From contig JAUMXP010000001.1 of NCBI GenBank assembly GCA_030529125.1, positions 1 to 33,423 of the forward strand: a DNA stretch of 33,423 nucleotides, given 5' to 3'. The notes under the pieces are model-generated. The model was not told where the DNA came from. It did no database searches and worked only from the letters and a program-made list of their open reading frames with translations. The DNA comes from Eubacteriales bacterium. Lineage in GTDB: Bacteria > Bacillota > Clostridia > Oscillospirales > Acutalibacteraceae. The position numbers were made by a program, and so were the translations under genes. Positions 13,001-19,525 of the stretch are shown here, in pieces; position 1 is the first letter of the stretch, and each line of letters opens with the position of its first letter.

Positions 13001-14113
13001 ATAAACAGATGAGTAACCACCTGTACCATATGTGTATGGTGTATATCCAACTCTATATGTATTGTATCCGTTGTTCATTGTGGAGGAGGTATCTCCGCCT
13101 CCCAGCGCCCATTTACCACCGGAAGATGGCAGAAGCATACCAAAGCCAAGGTTGTTACCTGCGTTCCAACCATTTGTTGTACTTTTGGTAGATTTTGTGC
13201 TCTTTCTTTCACCCGGATTCTTATCGAAAGCCACCGCAGCCTTGCCGTACTGCTCTGCTTCAAATGAGTTGTTAAAGAACGCAACGTGAGAAAGGTCAAA
13301 ATAGTCACTGGAAGCGTCCATATTAAGACGAATATATATCTTCCAAATATTTGAACTAATACTATCCCAGTAACCACTACCCTGATGTGCATCATAGGCT
13401 GCCTTGAGGTCGATAAGCATATATGTCCAGTCAGAAGAGTTCTGGAATGTGCCCGTATACTTCATCCGTGTCCAGTTAGAAGTAGAACCTATGTTAGAGT
13501 TCATATAAAAAGCAGGTGTACTTCCACTTGCGGTGAGTCCGCTGGAGCGATAAACCACTACCATATAGCGTACCTGATTTGCAGGCTTTGAACCCCAGTC
13601 ATTTACAAAGTCAGCAACACAATAGTTAGCATAATCATAATCACCCGCACGGGTAAGTCTTAAATACTGAGGCGAGGAATTCGCAACAGCAGTTCTTTTA
13701 GTTTTTGTATAGTTGTTACTAGGATTATAGTTACCAGACGGATAGTTCGCGGTGAATGTTGTATATATCCAGTCGCCTGTATAGTCTGAGCCCAATTTGG
13801 TTACGGGCATAGGTGCACCGCCACCATAAAGACCACCACCCGCGGTAGAATAGCTCTCATCTAAAATCGTTTCACCATTAAAGTTGGAATACTCAAAGAG
13901 CATACCATCTGCAAGGTAGTCATAAATTTTGACAGGCCAGTTTATAGTACCATTATTGCCCAAGGTATCGTTCTTGATACCTGTATTACCGGCGTCAGTT
14001 CCGGTTGCGATATCATTGATAGCTGCCAAAACAGATGCAGGAATCAATGAAAATACCATAATAAAGGTCAGAACCAGAGCCAGAACTCTGTTGCCGGATT
14101 TCCACTTCTTCAT
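4079..14113 (-). CDS. Giant secreted multidomain protein: signal peptide, fibro-slime/PA14 domain, five CBM26-like repeats, GH20 N-acetylhexosaminidase-like module, C-terminal beta-rich repeats
   Basis: ATG at 14113 after SD AAAGGAG; signal MKKWKSGNRVLALVLTFIMVFSLIPASVLA. FEGDDDVYLFIN..LVLDIGGAH (~11950-11880). Five VP..W...Y.W...WPG repeats (~10230-8850). HLDVARKY...FH.SED...FDTPAH...IGGDE (~6790-5530). Confidence 0.85.
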   Translation of the reverse strand: MKKWKSGNRVLALVLTFIMVFSLIPASVLAAINDIATGTDAGNTGIKNDTLGNNGTINWPVKIYDYLADGMLFEYSNFNGETILDESYSTAGGGLYGGGAPMPVTKLGSDYTGDWIYTTFTANYPSGNYNPSNNYTKTKRTAVANSSPQYLRLTRAGDYDYANYCVADFVNDWGSKPANQVRYMVVVYRSSGLTASGSTPAFYMNSNIGSTSNWTRMKYTGTFQNSSDWTYMLIDLKAAYDAHQGSGYWDSISSNIWKIYIRLNMDASSDYFDLSHVAFFNNSFEAEQYGKAAVAFDKNPGERKSTKSTKSTTNGWNAGNNLGFGMLLPSSGGKWALGGGDTSSTMNNGYNTYRVGYTPYTYGTGGYSSVYNDKRVDRNGKNLGTDNKIYYVSSSYASQDAYKNKYPSDYQNGFNMADLDLDGYKLLTHATQGLMTVGLLEGELENGRPVYREEAISYIAEMLEKTLVIPQKDSGGKYNYNFVKGQESSQYATSGKSDLAQALRNCLGIKFTSGQNKGSAPTFGSYAETKAKASSLVGEFLDVKDNINTCMDAAYFLLNNLFVDNSYNQLQTDYKYLTLSSANMSDGKSAYVFDAGFSNGASNADLTSGKLTQNQYKEQSKSSVEYSSLNQGGDGTISMGPVQGKDLFYYSGSNTTTRFPFLPVTNATGDYAGQTKSYYMMEDGYRSYTKDGGTYINRNFDYVLTSNGEFVFNEEDGLFFEFEGDDDVYLFINDQLVLDIGGAHSISTVSFQVNDYVKWAREVVANPDNYSAEEVKRAQALDLVDGEIVKFDFYYMERHGYGANMRIVTNMHVTDPALRVEKSAYQFGEQVEVGGIVNPNAPIEYNLKAKNTGNTKLYNLTFDDSNIGVKLNPTDGLLVKGDDTPDDLNDDINGYYVTDARGGTLEANDLTAVVTGYKPDSNNGDYIKDLATGEYTKVDAGTGTHVYTEVTIRFNDNNALKVFLKTLEGDGLGDGTIDDELTQSGSGLWVDAEVTFKGIYYTLTDEQAEAGVFDNTVNVTATTKSDPNGSGNETLRSAASHRIYVAGIPYYYQWSEHNLFVQEKRILDDATKASKTTGNKLSEYEEFFDKVKGDTSVIYTSFCDKYGRKVDYAPDVSFFTQQATGDWGCQINYTEPGTHEFYLLMRLQSTGGGYIDDVSGLNQGDYAIVRVMVHSTKVQDSTYVLDYGLKTEELDANGELFKNDNLLGNLSGTAAKLMGINTTGATYLDPADNISEFNRINFEKMPLDEKNRIDVKGDDDSVDGYFTFNMNIPDNGKIITYNANNDKYSLSAVGTVPLHVQVPVQWRQAYLYYWYDGGADNGWPGTVMNMDKVGHFSLSIPGDVPHVIISNGQQQTVNIDINPGEEAWITIDGTTNSEGKLIASTEYHTQDGIIHAQVPDDWEEVYLYYWDEYDNNNEWPGEPLEVDQNGFYTMNIPGNVSNVIINNGDKGKQTSNQPVYAGKETWITVNDNNPSYNEETKIYYYSATSSRSTEKVKMHATVPDDWEAASLYYWNSNGSGTGVEWPGIAMEKQSDGTYTVENIPADVTNVIVNDGKKEGAKQTADLLITPGLETWINVSGIVINTTVEATVPANYGDVNFYFFGPNGDVGPAWPGIHVTDTDGDGVYTMKAPAGATKVIVNNGNGTQSQNLMLTPNKTNSYYIIDSGKANTNTKTKLFISVPDDWGTVAIHHWNDTSSTTWPGDIVTEQDENGRYIYELDGDRTGFIINNNNGRQTGNIEEFCLGAENKIDVYTDNNFAVSSTSEVSTGYNVDITYGEDAEKLGFTFTPTDFMDSMYDLWMAITVHETTDDPTPLGQTFDINKEVQMYKKVTVLPANVVYYEDDFTGIKYDTTDSANSMVHIGNGSGSLSQNVDQELEYGKDPTYQNSLKPDYSGDSQTQVSIGDTKPFATFDFTGTGFEIIGRTNAVDSSTARVVVKDSTRKVVKTVAVITEFDNDANDGDDAINQVPIVRVNGLAFGKYTVEINGVPVYDFSNMVGNKPSVKESWLIIDGIRIFQPLADDEDGTAGKNDAYIDTENGADFEEIRNLIADRQAFAIKYDDTDGLSVSGGTNTWIENRNNTLPSDENLKWTNNIVNSVNDYLLAGPNNEVYMQEVSANLKSALAFYVQEDGTDVHNMQIAVRAIDYGQFNAQKATGLNAELQYGVYVNDEYVWKTLSTITTGTEQYYTIPYAECPYDAENDRYQVVIRVADTETPGMASFTSIKYNGIKLCTLNESEVPDVIYDNDELGNTIVDSTGNNLDTSKFVDFIGLVDQMTSDKEDDGNSDNTGNEPVEPSKPTVVGTDTSSLGVLADTFTANSSKNFALSEDSKFYIVTQNESSKPSDKVVDTVKLVQSQFAADSLPSAEPMEIVWGLEKYATDGDILIYVNSSYSYGDEEYKLEVAEKAKVYSKDVDGLLYGLNTLQKHFRKADTNAIKGFTTQDKPDTKDRIVHLDVARKYLTKDWIKNYIAEMSWMGYNALEFHMSEDGGFRSDIWDENTIKLDGMSGNDFSWAIGSRKQSWNYSGGADPDAGRYLTTAELIEICETAKEYHIDIIPSFDTPAHVDWITTTYAEQVAAGNTSIKTFKYNGTTYTLPNTIHYNNGYSALNLANNSVKNLAFAMYNDMAVFFKVYAGSTKFNIGGDELGLYSSSGYTYTDVYNYINDVNKVLKKHDYTSRVYNDFFYRKTTVDNYSKIFQTNAQLDSDIEVVIWTADGSYTAPPSQWVDSGRTVYGGINFWTYYVLRYFDHPNYTDLSKYPDWGKDARDPSNNWWGFYRNTEDAIYNEWTPGLLSGYNKTKYELTNNQLQGGYFMVWCDNAAVNTEVEMWNGVWDESTSANKGKYFYSLIDRMWSNAIKQWNWDINSNLTFANYETIRDTMGYFPGYVATPSTQNYANTAVLPQSTEVSNTAYLPSYTVTFKDYDGTVIDTQSVKLGESAVAPVAPVRPADGYYTYTFAGWNKDFSNITGNLTITAQYDETAIDHDTSGYLELKVSGGTDILMSVDDGIARPLGKHYYNHHMDFGKQVKVTAQTTNDNTFVGWINATTGDILTTERTYTFYTTGNDVLIAMFKVDLDGMNTVTFRNDKSNQIIDIQYYSPDSDIVFPEDPSFLGYEFAQWDHTEEEIRELLVQGEDVTVRPIWEVKDVYVNITVNGGAVTKSAGVNTDGKYLAYKSITVTANAAPNGQMFSHWEDADGNIQSYDAEYKFYPYKDTELTAMYVSNTSLKLDYDVLVNAGIDSTTLGDSNTIFFSWSVPEKSEFTFISAGVLFADKNNYSESTFVVGTLDRGVTQFVPAKKYQTSTGSHSITKTGVELGDEMIARAFVMYRDADGILRIAYSDTITAKK

Positions 14114-14214
14114 GGCTTTTACTCCTTTCAATCAACAACTTCTCGTTGTCATACAGAAATCTATGTGAACACTATATATCAATAATGTATTAAATACATT
14201 AACATTTTTCTTAA

Positions 14215-14910
14215 CTATTCCATTTGATAGCTATAACGGACAATGCGAGAGTTATCCTCATAATGTCCTGCTTGTTTTTTTTGGATATCATCAGGCTTCA
14301 AAGTATCAAAACCAACCATATAAGTAATACCACCAAGATAGTTTCCGTCAGAGTTTAGGTTCTTATAATAAACACAGGGATTAGAGAGGTTATCTTCAGA
14401 GATATTTTTAAGTGTCAGGGTATTCCCATCAACTTCTACCTCTAGCTTGTCCGTGGTCAAAAGAGCGTCGTCACGGAAGGTACTCTGACAATCCAGAAAC
14501 TCAAACTCCGAGTCTGCTTTTACTCCCATACGGTTTGCCTCAAGGACCCAGGCTCTCTTTGAGGGTGGAAGTCCCGAAACCACAAACTGGGCTGTCTTAC
14601 CGTCCACATCGTAGGTAACCGTCGCAAACTCCAGATACTCGTCTGAGCGATTCTCCAGAAGCACCGCCAGAATGTTCTCCACCTCTTCGTTTGAGCCGTC
14701 CTCCACATAGGGCCCGCTGTAGCTTGTAAACTCCAGACAGTACAAATCCTCTGAGGACGCTCTGTTCTGGGTTGCACCATACGAAATGTCCTTGGTGGAA
14801 TCCTCTTTCGTACAGCCAGAAAATGTCACAGCCAACAACAGCACCAACACCGAAGCCATAACTCGCAGGGTAACAGTCCCATTTAAGTATATTCGATTGT
14901 TTCTTGCCAC
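14215..14910 (-). CDS. Hypothetical lipoprotein
   Basis: GTG at 14910 after SD GGAGGTGA; hydrophobic stretch ending in lipobox FSG-C; acidic beta-rich body. Confidence 0.72.
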   Translation of the reverse strand: MARNNRIYLNGTVTLRVMASVLVLLLAVTFSGCTKEDSTKDISYGATQNRASSEDLYCLEFTSYSGPYVEDGSNEEVENILAVLLENRSDEYLEFATVTYDVDGKTAQFVVSGLPPSKRAWVLEANRMGVKADSEFEFLDCQSTFRDDALLTTDKLEVEVDGNTLTLKNISEDNLSNPCVYYKNLNSDGNYLGGITYMVGFDTLKPDDIQKKQAGHYEDNSRIVRYSYQME

Positions 14911-15065
14911 GGTTTCACCTCCGCTTCGGCTCTTTTTGTACATAATAACGATAATACCCCTTTTTACAGGCTATTACATATAGTATATAGTATCATCTTG
15001 ATTGTCCACAGTCAATTGTTTTTTGGTAAAATGAAGGGTTTTTTGGATAAATTTTCCAAAAAGTC

Positions 15066-15094
15066 TTGCATTTGTCTAACATAGGAGTTATAAT
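15066..15094 (+). promoter_or_regulatory. Sigma-A promoter for the PqqD-precursor-kinase-rSAM operon
   Basis: TTGCAT-17 nt-TATAAT. Confidence 0.65.
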
Positions 15095-15170
15095 GTAGGT
15101 CTAATTTGTATCATTAGGAGAGTGAGCTCTTTTTTTCTTGTCTTCTCCTGTGATATCTGGGAGGAAAAAG

Positions 15171-15443
15171 ATGCGCGTCTTAAGCGGATTTATCGTTCGG
15201 GAAGTCGCCGGCGAAACCATTGCTATCCCTTCCGGTGACGCTGCAAAAAGCCTCTCCGGTCTGCTAGCTCTCAACGAAAGCGGAAAGCTACTCTTCGAAC
15301 TACTCCAAAGCGAGCAGACAGAAACAAGCCTTGTTGAAGCTTTGCTCAACGAATTCGATATCGACTTTGCCACCGCACAAGCTGATGTCGCAGAATTTTT
15401 AGAGATTCTGCGGTCAAGTGGTGTGCTGGTAGAATCTGAATAA
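15171..15443 (+). CDS. PqqD-family RiPP recognition element (stand-alone RRE)
   Basis: ATG after GGGAGG; REVAGE...LNESG..LFELL...L..EFDID...A.ADV.EFL..L...G pattern; 90 aa. Confidence 0.9.
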   Translation: MRVLSGFIVREVAGETIAIPSGDAAKSLSGLLALNESGKLLFELLQSEQTETSLVEALLNEFDIDFATAQADVAEFLEILRSSGVLVESE

Positions 15444-15495
15444 TCCCGTATAAACTTCATTAGTTTTTGTTTTTGAGTTAGGTAGGTTAAAAACT

Positions 15496-15756
15496 ATGAA
15501 AAAGAAATATCAGAAGCCTATGGTTGCTGTTGAGTTTTATAAGCTCAGCCAATCTATCGCTGCATGCACTATTAAAATCGGTTTCCTGGACAACCAGTGC
15601 GTGGTCAACGACCCTGACTCACCGATAGAAATGCGCAGCTTAGCATATGCTTATCCTGAATACTTCAGCACAGGATGTGCTATACACTACAACAACATTC
15701 AGGAAAATGACTCTCTGTGTTTCCACACACAGGCTAACGCTACATTTACATCCTGA
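15496..15756 (+). CDS. Putative RiPP precursor peptide (86 aa)
   Basis: Leader MKKKYQKPMV matches the YxxP-hydrophobic RRE-binding pattern; core has Cys24, 35, 61, 75 and ends in Ser; lies between RRE and modifying enzymes. Confidence 0.78.
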   Translation: MKKKYQKPMVAVEFYKLSQSIAACTIKIGFLDNQCVVNDPDSPIEMRSLAYAYPEYFSTGCAIHYNNIQENDSLCFHTQANATFTS

Positions 15757-15757
15757 T

Positions 15758-16633
15758 ATGAATAGAGAAATTTCTTTTTGTATCCGTTTTTCAGGATTAA
15801 CCCTTCGCTTTGTATTACCTACAACTGTAAACCTACCCGAAAACTTCACCTCTCTTATCTGCGAGGATGTTGAAAATCCTACAGCAGAGTACAAAGTCTG
15901 CTTACTCAAGACCCCTCTTTGTCCTGAATCAAAACCCATTTCAAAAGAGGGAGACACACATATATATGTTACCGATAAAGGCTGTCTGCGCATTTACTCA
16001 GCTCTAACTGCTGACGATGGGTGCCAGGTGGCCTGTCTTTTATGTAAAAACGGCAAAAACATTCTATATTATCCTGCGAAAATGTGGGATTACTATCGAA
16101 AATACTGGCACTGTACACATCTTTTGGCAGGAGAGCTTTTGCTTATGTGGCACAATGCTTTTTTACTGCACAGCTCTGTTGTGATACTAAACGGAAAGGC
16201 TATTCTTTTTTGCGGTCCATCAGGTGTAGGAAAATCAACCCAAGCAACACTTTGGGCGCAACATCTGAATGCAGACATCATCAACGGTGACCGATGTGTC
16301 ATCACAAAAAAAGACGGGATTTTTTACGGTGGTGGCTCTCCCTGGAGCGGAACATCAGGTATTTTTAAAAGCGAGCAGGCTCCTATAGCAGGAATCTTAC
16401 TCCTCTCAAAATCCAACGAAAACAGTATCACAGGGCTTAAATCAGAGGCTTTTGCACCTTTATACAGTCAGACCACTGTAAACAGCTGGGATAGGGAATT
16501 CGTGGACAAGGTATCTGATTTTTATTCTGAGCTTCTTTCTAAGGTTTCTGTTTATGAACTTAAATGTCGACCCGACAAAGATGCAGTGATGCTCGCATAT
16601 AACACCTTGTTTAAAAAGGGGGACTTCGTATGA
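15758..16633 (+). CDS. HprK-related P-loop kinase (RiPP-associated)
   Basis: LLHSSVV, FCGPSGVGKSTQA, INGDR and GSPWSG motifs; ATG 1 nt after the precursor stop. Confidence 0.8.
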   Translation: MNREISFCIRFSGLTLRFVLPTTVNLPENFTSLICEDVENPTAEYKVCLLKTPLCPESKPISKEGDTHIYVTDKGCLRIYSALTADDGCQVACLLCKNGKNILYYPAKMWDYYRKYWHCTHLLAGELLLMWHNAFLLHSSVVILNGKAILFCGPSGVGKSTQATLWAQHLNADIINGDRCVITKKDGIFYGGGSPWSGTSGIFKSEQAPIAGILLLSKSNENSITGLKSEAFAPLYSQTTVNSWDREFVDKVSDFYSELLSKVSVYELKCRPDKDAVMLAYNTLFKKGDFV

Positions 16634-17738
16634 CCACTAATACAAGTGCAAATATCCGTCGCAATCTCTGCAGCCAGTGTGCAACTCTTGGCATTCCTAT
16701 CAGTGGCATTTTTGAGTTGACCCCAGATGCAATCTAAAGTGTAAAATGTGCTATGTCCGTCTGACTGATGAGCAGATGGCGCCTATCGGAAAAGAACGCA
16801 CCGCAAAGCAGTGGATCCAGTTTGCACAGGAATGTAAAGACGCAGGAATGGTCTTTCTGCTGATCACCGGTGGTGAACCCACCCTGCGCTCTGATTTTCC
16901 TGAAATTTACGAAAGCCTCGCTCAAATGGGGCTATCTATATCTATCAACACCAACGGCACCCTGCTGACTCCAAAGATAAGAGAACTCTGGCATCGTTTA
17001 CCTCCAGCGCAGGTCAACGTCACTCTCTACGGCGTGTGCCGAGAAGACTACGCGGACCTCTGCTCAAACCCTGACGCTTTTGACGCAGTTGTAGAAACTC
17101 TTAACTGGCTGAAAAAAGAGGGTATTCTGGTGCATCTCAACACCACTATAGTACCCTCCAATTATCCTAAGTGGATGAAGCTTGAGGAATTCGCAAACGA
17201 CAGAGACCTGGAGCTGAGAATGACCTGCTACTGCTTCCCTCCTACCAGAAGAGCCCTATGTGACAATTGTGACTCGTTTTCTCGTCTGACCCCACAAGAG
17301 GCAGGTACTCTTATCGCGCAGGACCTTCTCTATCGTGAAGGAATTGACGCGATAAAAGCAAGAGCAAAAAACCTGTCATCTCCTTTGCAGCGTAGCTGTG
17401 ACCTTGAAAACGGCGACCCTATCCAGTGTCTTGCCGGCCGATCACAGTTCTGGGTCACATGGGACGGAAGGATGACCCCGTGTGGAATGCTCAGCACTCC
17501 TGACACTCATCCCTTCAAAGAGGGATTTTCCGCGTCATGGGAACAACTACGCAAACATTGTTCCAAAATCCGTCTATGTCCTGATTGTGCCCGATGTGAA
17601 CATCAGAAATCCTGTATGAACTGTGCAGCAGTGACCTTTGCTGAAACCGGCAGATTTGACGGCAAGCCTGAATATATGTGCGAGCTAAACCGTGCCTACC
17701 GCGAATCCGTGACAAAACTTGTTGAAAAATCAAAGTAA
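16630..17738 (+). pseudogene. Radical SAM/SPASM peptide maturase with a 1-nt frameshift at ~16721-16724 (pseudogene or sequence error)
   Basis: ATG 16630 overlaps the kinase stop and reads MTTN...FELTP then stops at 16735. Another frame continues RCNLKCKMCY (CxxxCxxC), TGGEP, and SPASM cysteines CLAG...TPC...CARC...CMNC...MC. Confidence 0.85.
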
Positions 17739-17756
17739 TAACCCATCATTTATAAA

Positions 17757-17811
17757 TAAAAAGACCTTATACCTGAGCGAAACCCGCTTTCAGGAATAAG
17801 GTCTGTTTTTT
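17757..17811. terminator. Intrinsic terminator after rSAM (probably bidirectional)
   Basis: AGACCTTAT.CCTGA...TCAGG.ATAAGGTCT stem with A-run before and T-run after. Confidence 0.75.
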
Positions 17812-17873
17812 ATCCATCTGGAAATAGTCATGAATTTTTCTGTAAAAAGTGCTTACTATTTATCTCACAACTA

Positions 17874-18335
17874 TTATCTTTTGTTTTCAGACAGTGTTGA
17901 GTGGCCGTCATCGTTTATTTCAAGCAAATAGTCACAGTACTTTAACATTGATTGTCTGTGAGTGATTATGAAGCAAGTTTTATCATGTATTTGACTAAAC
18001 TTTTAAAATATTCTCGCCTCGGTTTTCTCATCCAAAGCAGAAGTTGCTTCGTCTAAAATCAGAACCGGCTTATCTCGAAGTAAAGCTCTTGCAATCGCAA
18101 TACGTTGAGCCTGCCCCTCAGAAATACCTCCTGCCCCTTCAGAAATCATCGTATCAAGCCCCAAATGAGTCTTCTTTAAAAATTTCTCTGCCTGAGAAAA
18201 CCTCAGTGCTTCCCACATCTGATCATCGGTAGCGTGAGGATTTCCTTTCAGCAGATTATCTCTGACCGTACCTGACATCAGTGTATTCCCCTGTGGTACA
18301 TAGGAAATAAACCTACGCGAAGCCGGACACGCCTG
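17874..18335 (-). pseudogene. 3' remnant of ABC exporter ATP-binding domain
   Basis: Q-loop YVPQ, signature ISEGQAQR, Walker B LILDEATSALD, in-frame TAA at 18003-18005, then H-loop IITHR to stop at 17874. Walker A and TMD absent. Confidence 0.85.
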
Positions 18336-18357
18336 CTCTGTCGCCCACGATAACCGC

Positions 18358-19344
18358 ATGAAGTTTTCTGACTTCGTGCCGATTTACCTCGACTCTGCAA
18401 AGCTGACGATGTCGGAGTCTGTGTATTACCGCTACGAAAAAATGCTACAGTACAGCATCATTCCCGAACTCGGTCACCTGAAACTCAAGGACATCAAACC
18501 GCTACACATTCAGCGATATGTCGACTCGCTTATCAGACGAAATGAACGATATGACGGAGTGAAAAAGCCTCTCTCGCCATCGTCAATTCAGCGCTACTAC
18601 ACGGTGCTCCGCTCGGTGATGCGTTACGCGTACAAGCTCGATATTATAGGAACAAACCCTGCCGACAAGGATAGAATCACCCTGCCAAGGCAGATTGAAC
18701 CCGACACCGAAATTATTAAAGAATCGGAGCTCCCACAGCTCTTCTCGGCACTATCACAAGAGCCACTGCAGTATCAGGTTATCATACACTTAGCGCTCTC
18801 GACAGGCTGTCGCCGAGGTGAAATAGTCGGAATCAAATGGAGCGATTTTGACTTTGCAACGGGCTACCTCACCATCAGTCGCTCAAACTACAAGGTCGCA
18901 AATGACTCTGAAATCAGGAGCAAGTCCACAAAGACGGGCAAGACCCGACAGATTATCGTCCCGCCGTACTGCATCGCGATGCTCAAAAAGCTCAAGGCAG
19001 AGCAAGCGAAAGAGATACTAAAACTCGGCGATGCGTACAAAAACGACGGCTGGGTGTTCACCCAAGCAGACGGAAGTCCGATGTACCCGACCACGCCGAC
19101 ACAGTGGTTTGACAGATTCCAGAAGCGCCACAACCTGCCTCACCGCAAGTTCCACGCCCTGCGTCATACTTCCGCTACCCTACTACTGAGTAACGGCACA
19201 AACATCAAAAACGTCGCCACAAGGCTCGGCCACTCACAGCTAAAGACAACTAACCGCTATGTCCACGCAACAGACCAAGCCGAACGCGAAAGTGCTAACC
19301 TGCTCGAGAATATCCTCAACAAAAAGGGACAACACACAGCATAG
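18358..19344 (+). CDS. Tyrosine integrase, probably N-terminally truncated
   Basis: TGCRRGE, HALRH, LGH and RY catalytic residues; SAM-like core-binding part present. No SD; in-frame stop at 18301, so no room for an arm-binding domain. Confidence 0.88.
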   Translation: MKFSDFVPIYLDSAKLTMSESVYYRYEKMLQYSIIPELGHLKLKDIKPLHIQRYVDSLIRRNERYDGVKKPLSPSSIQRYYTVLRSVMRYAYKLDIIGTNPADKDRITLPRQIEPDTEIIKESELPQLFSALSQEPLQYQVIIHLALSTGCRRGEIVGIKWSDFDFATGYLTISRSNYKVANDSEIRSKSTKTGKTRQIIVPPYCIAMLKKLKAEQAKEILKLGDAYKNDGWVFTQADGSPMYPTTPTQWFDRFQKRHNLPHRKFHALRHTSATLLLSNGTNIKNVATRLGHSQLKTTNRYVHATDQAERESANLLENILNKKGQHTA

Positions 19345-19380
19345 GCAGAAACTCATACCTTAATCTCTCTTACAAAAATC

Positions 19381-19429
19381 ACATACAAACAGAAAGGCTG
19401 TATCCTAAATTAGGATACAGCCTATTTTA
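19381..19429. repeat. Palindromic repeat copy 1 (terminator-like)
   Basis: AGGCTGTATCCTAA-A-TTAGGATACAGCCT followed by ATTTTA; 40/49 identical to 20422-20470. Confidence 0.8.
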
Positions 19430-19525
19430 TCGGCAATATTTGTTGTTCTGTTTTTTGATTAAATAGTTGTATTTTTGCCGATGATGTGGTACAATAATAG
19501 CGTAGAAATTTAATCGGAGGTATTT

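Noticed and set aside
4527-14168. Numerous alternative-frame and antisense ORFs within the giant gene
   Set aside because: No motifs or SD sites noticed; expected by-products of a long coding region.
15101-15460. 119-aa minus-strand ORF
   Set aside because: Antisense to the well-supported PqqD gene.
15647-15757. Longer N-terminus for the kinase ORF
   Set aside because: It overlaps the precursor gene; ATG 15758 right after the precursor stop is more plausible.
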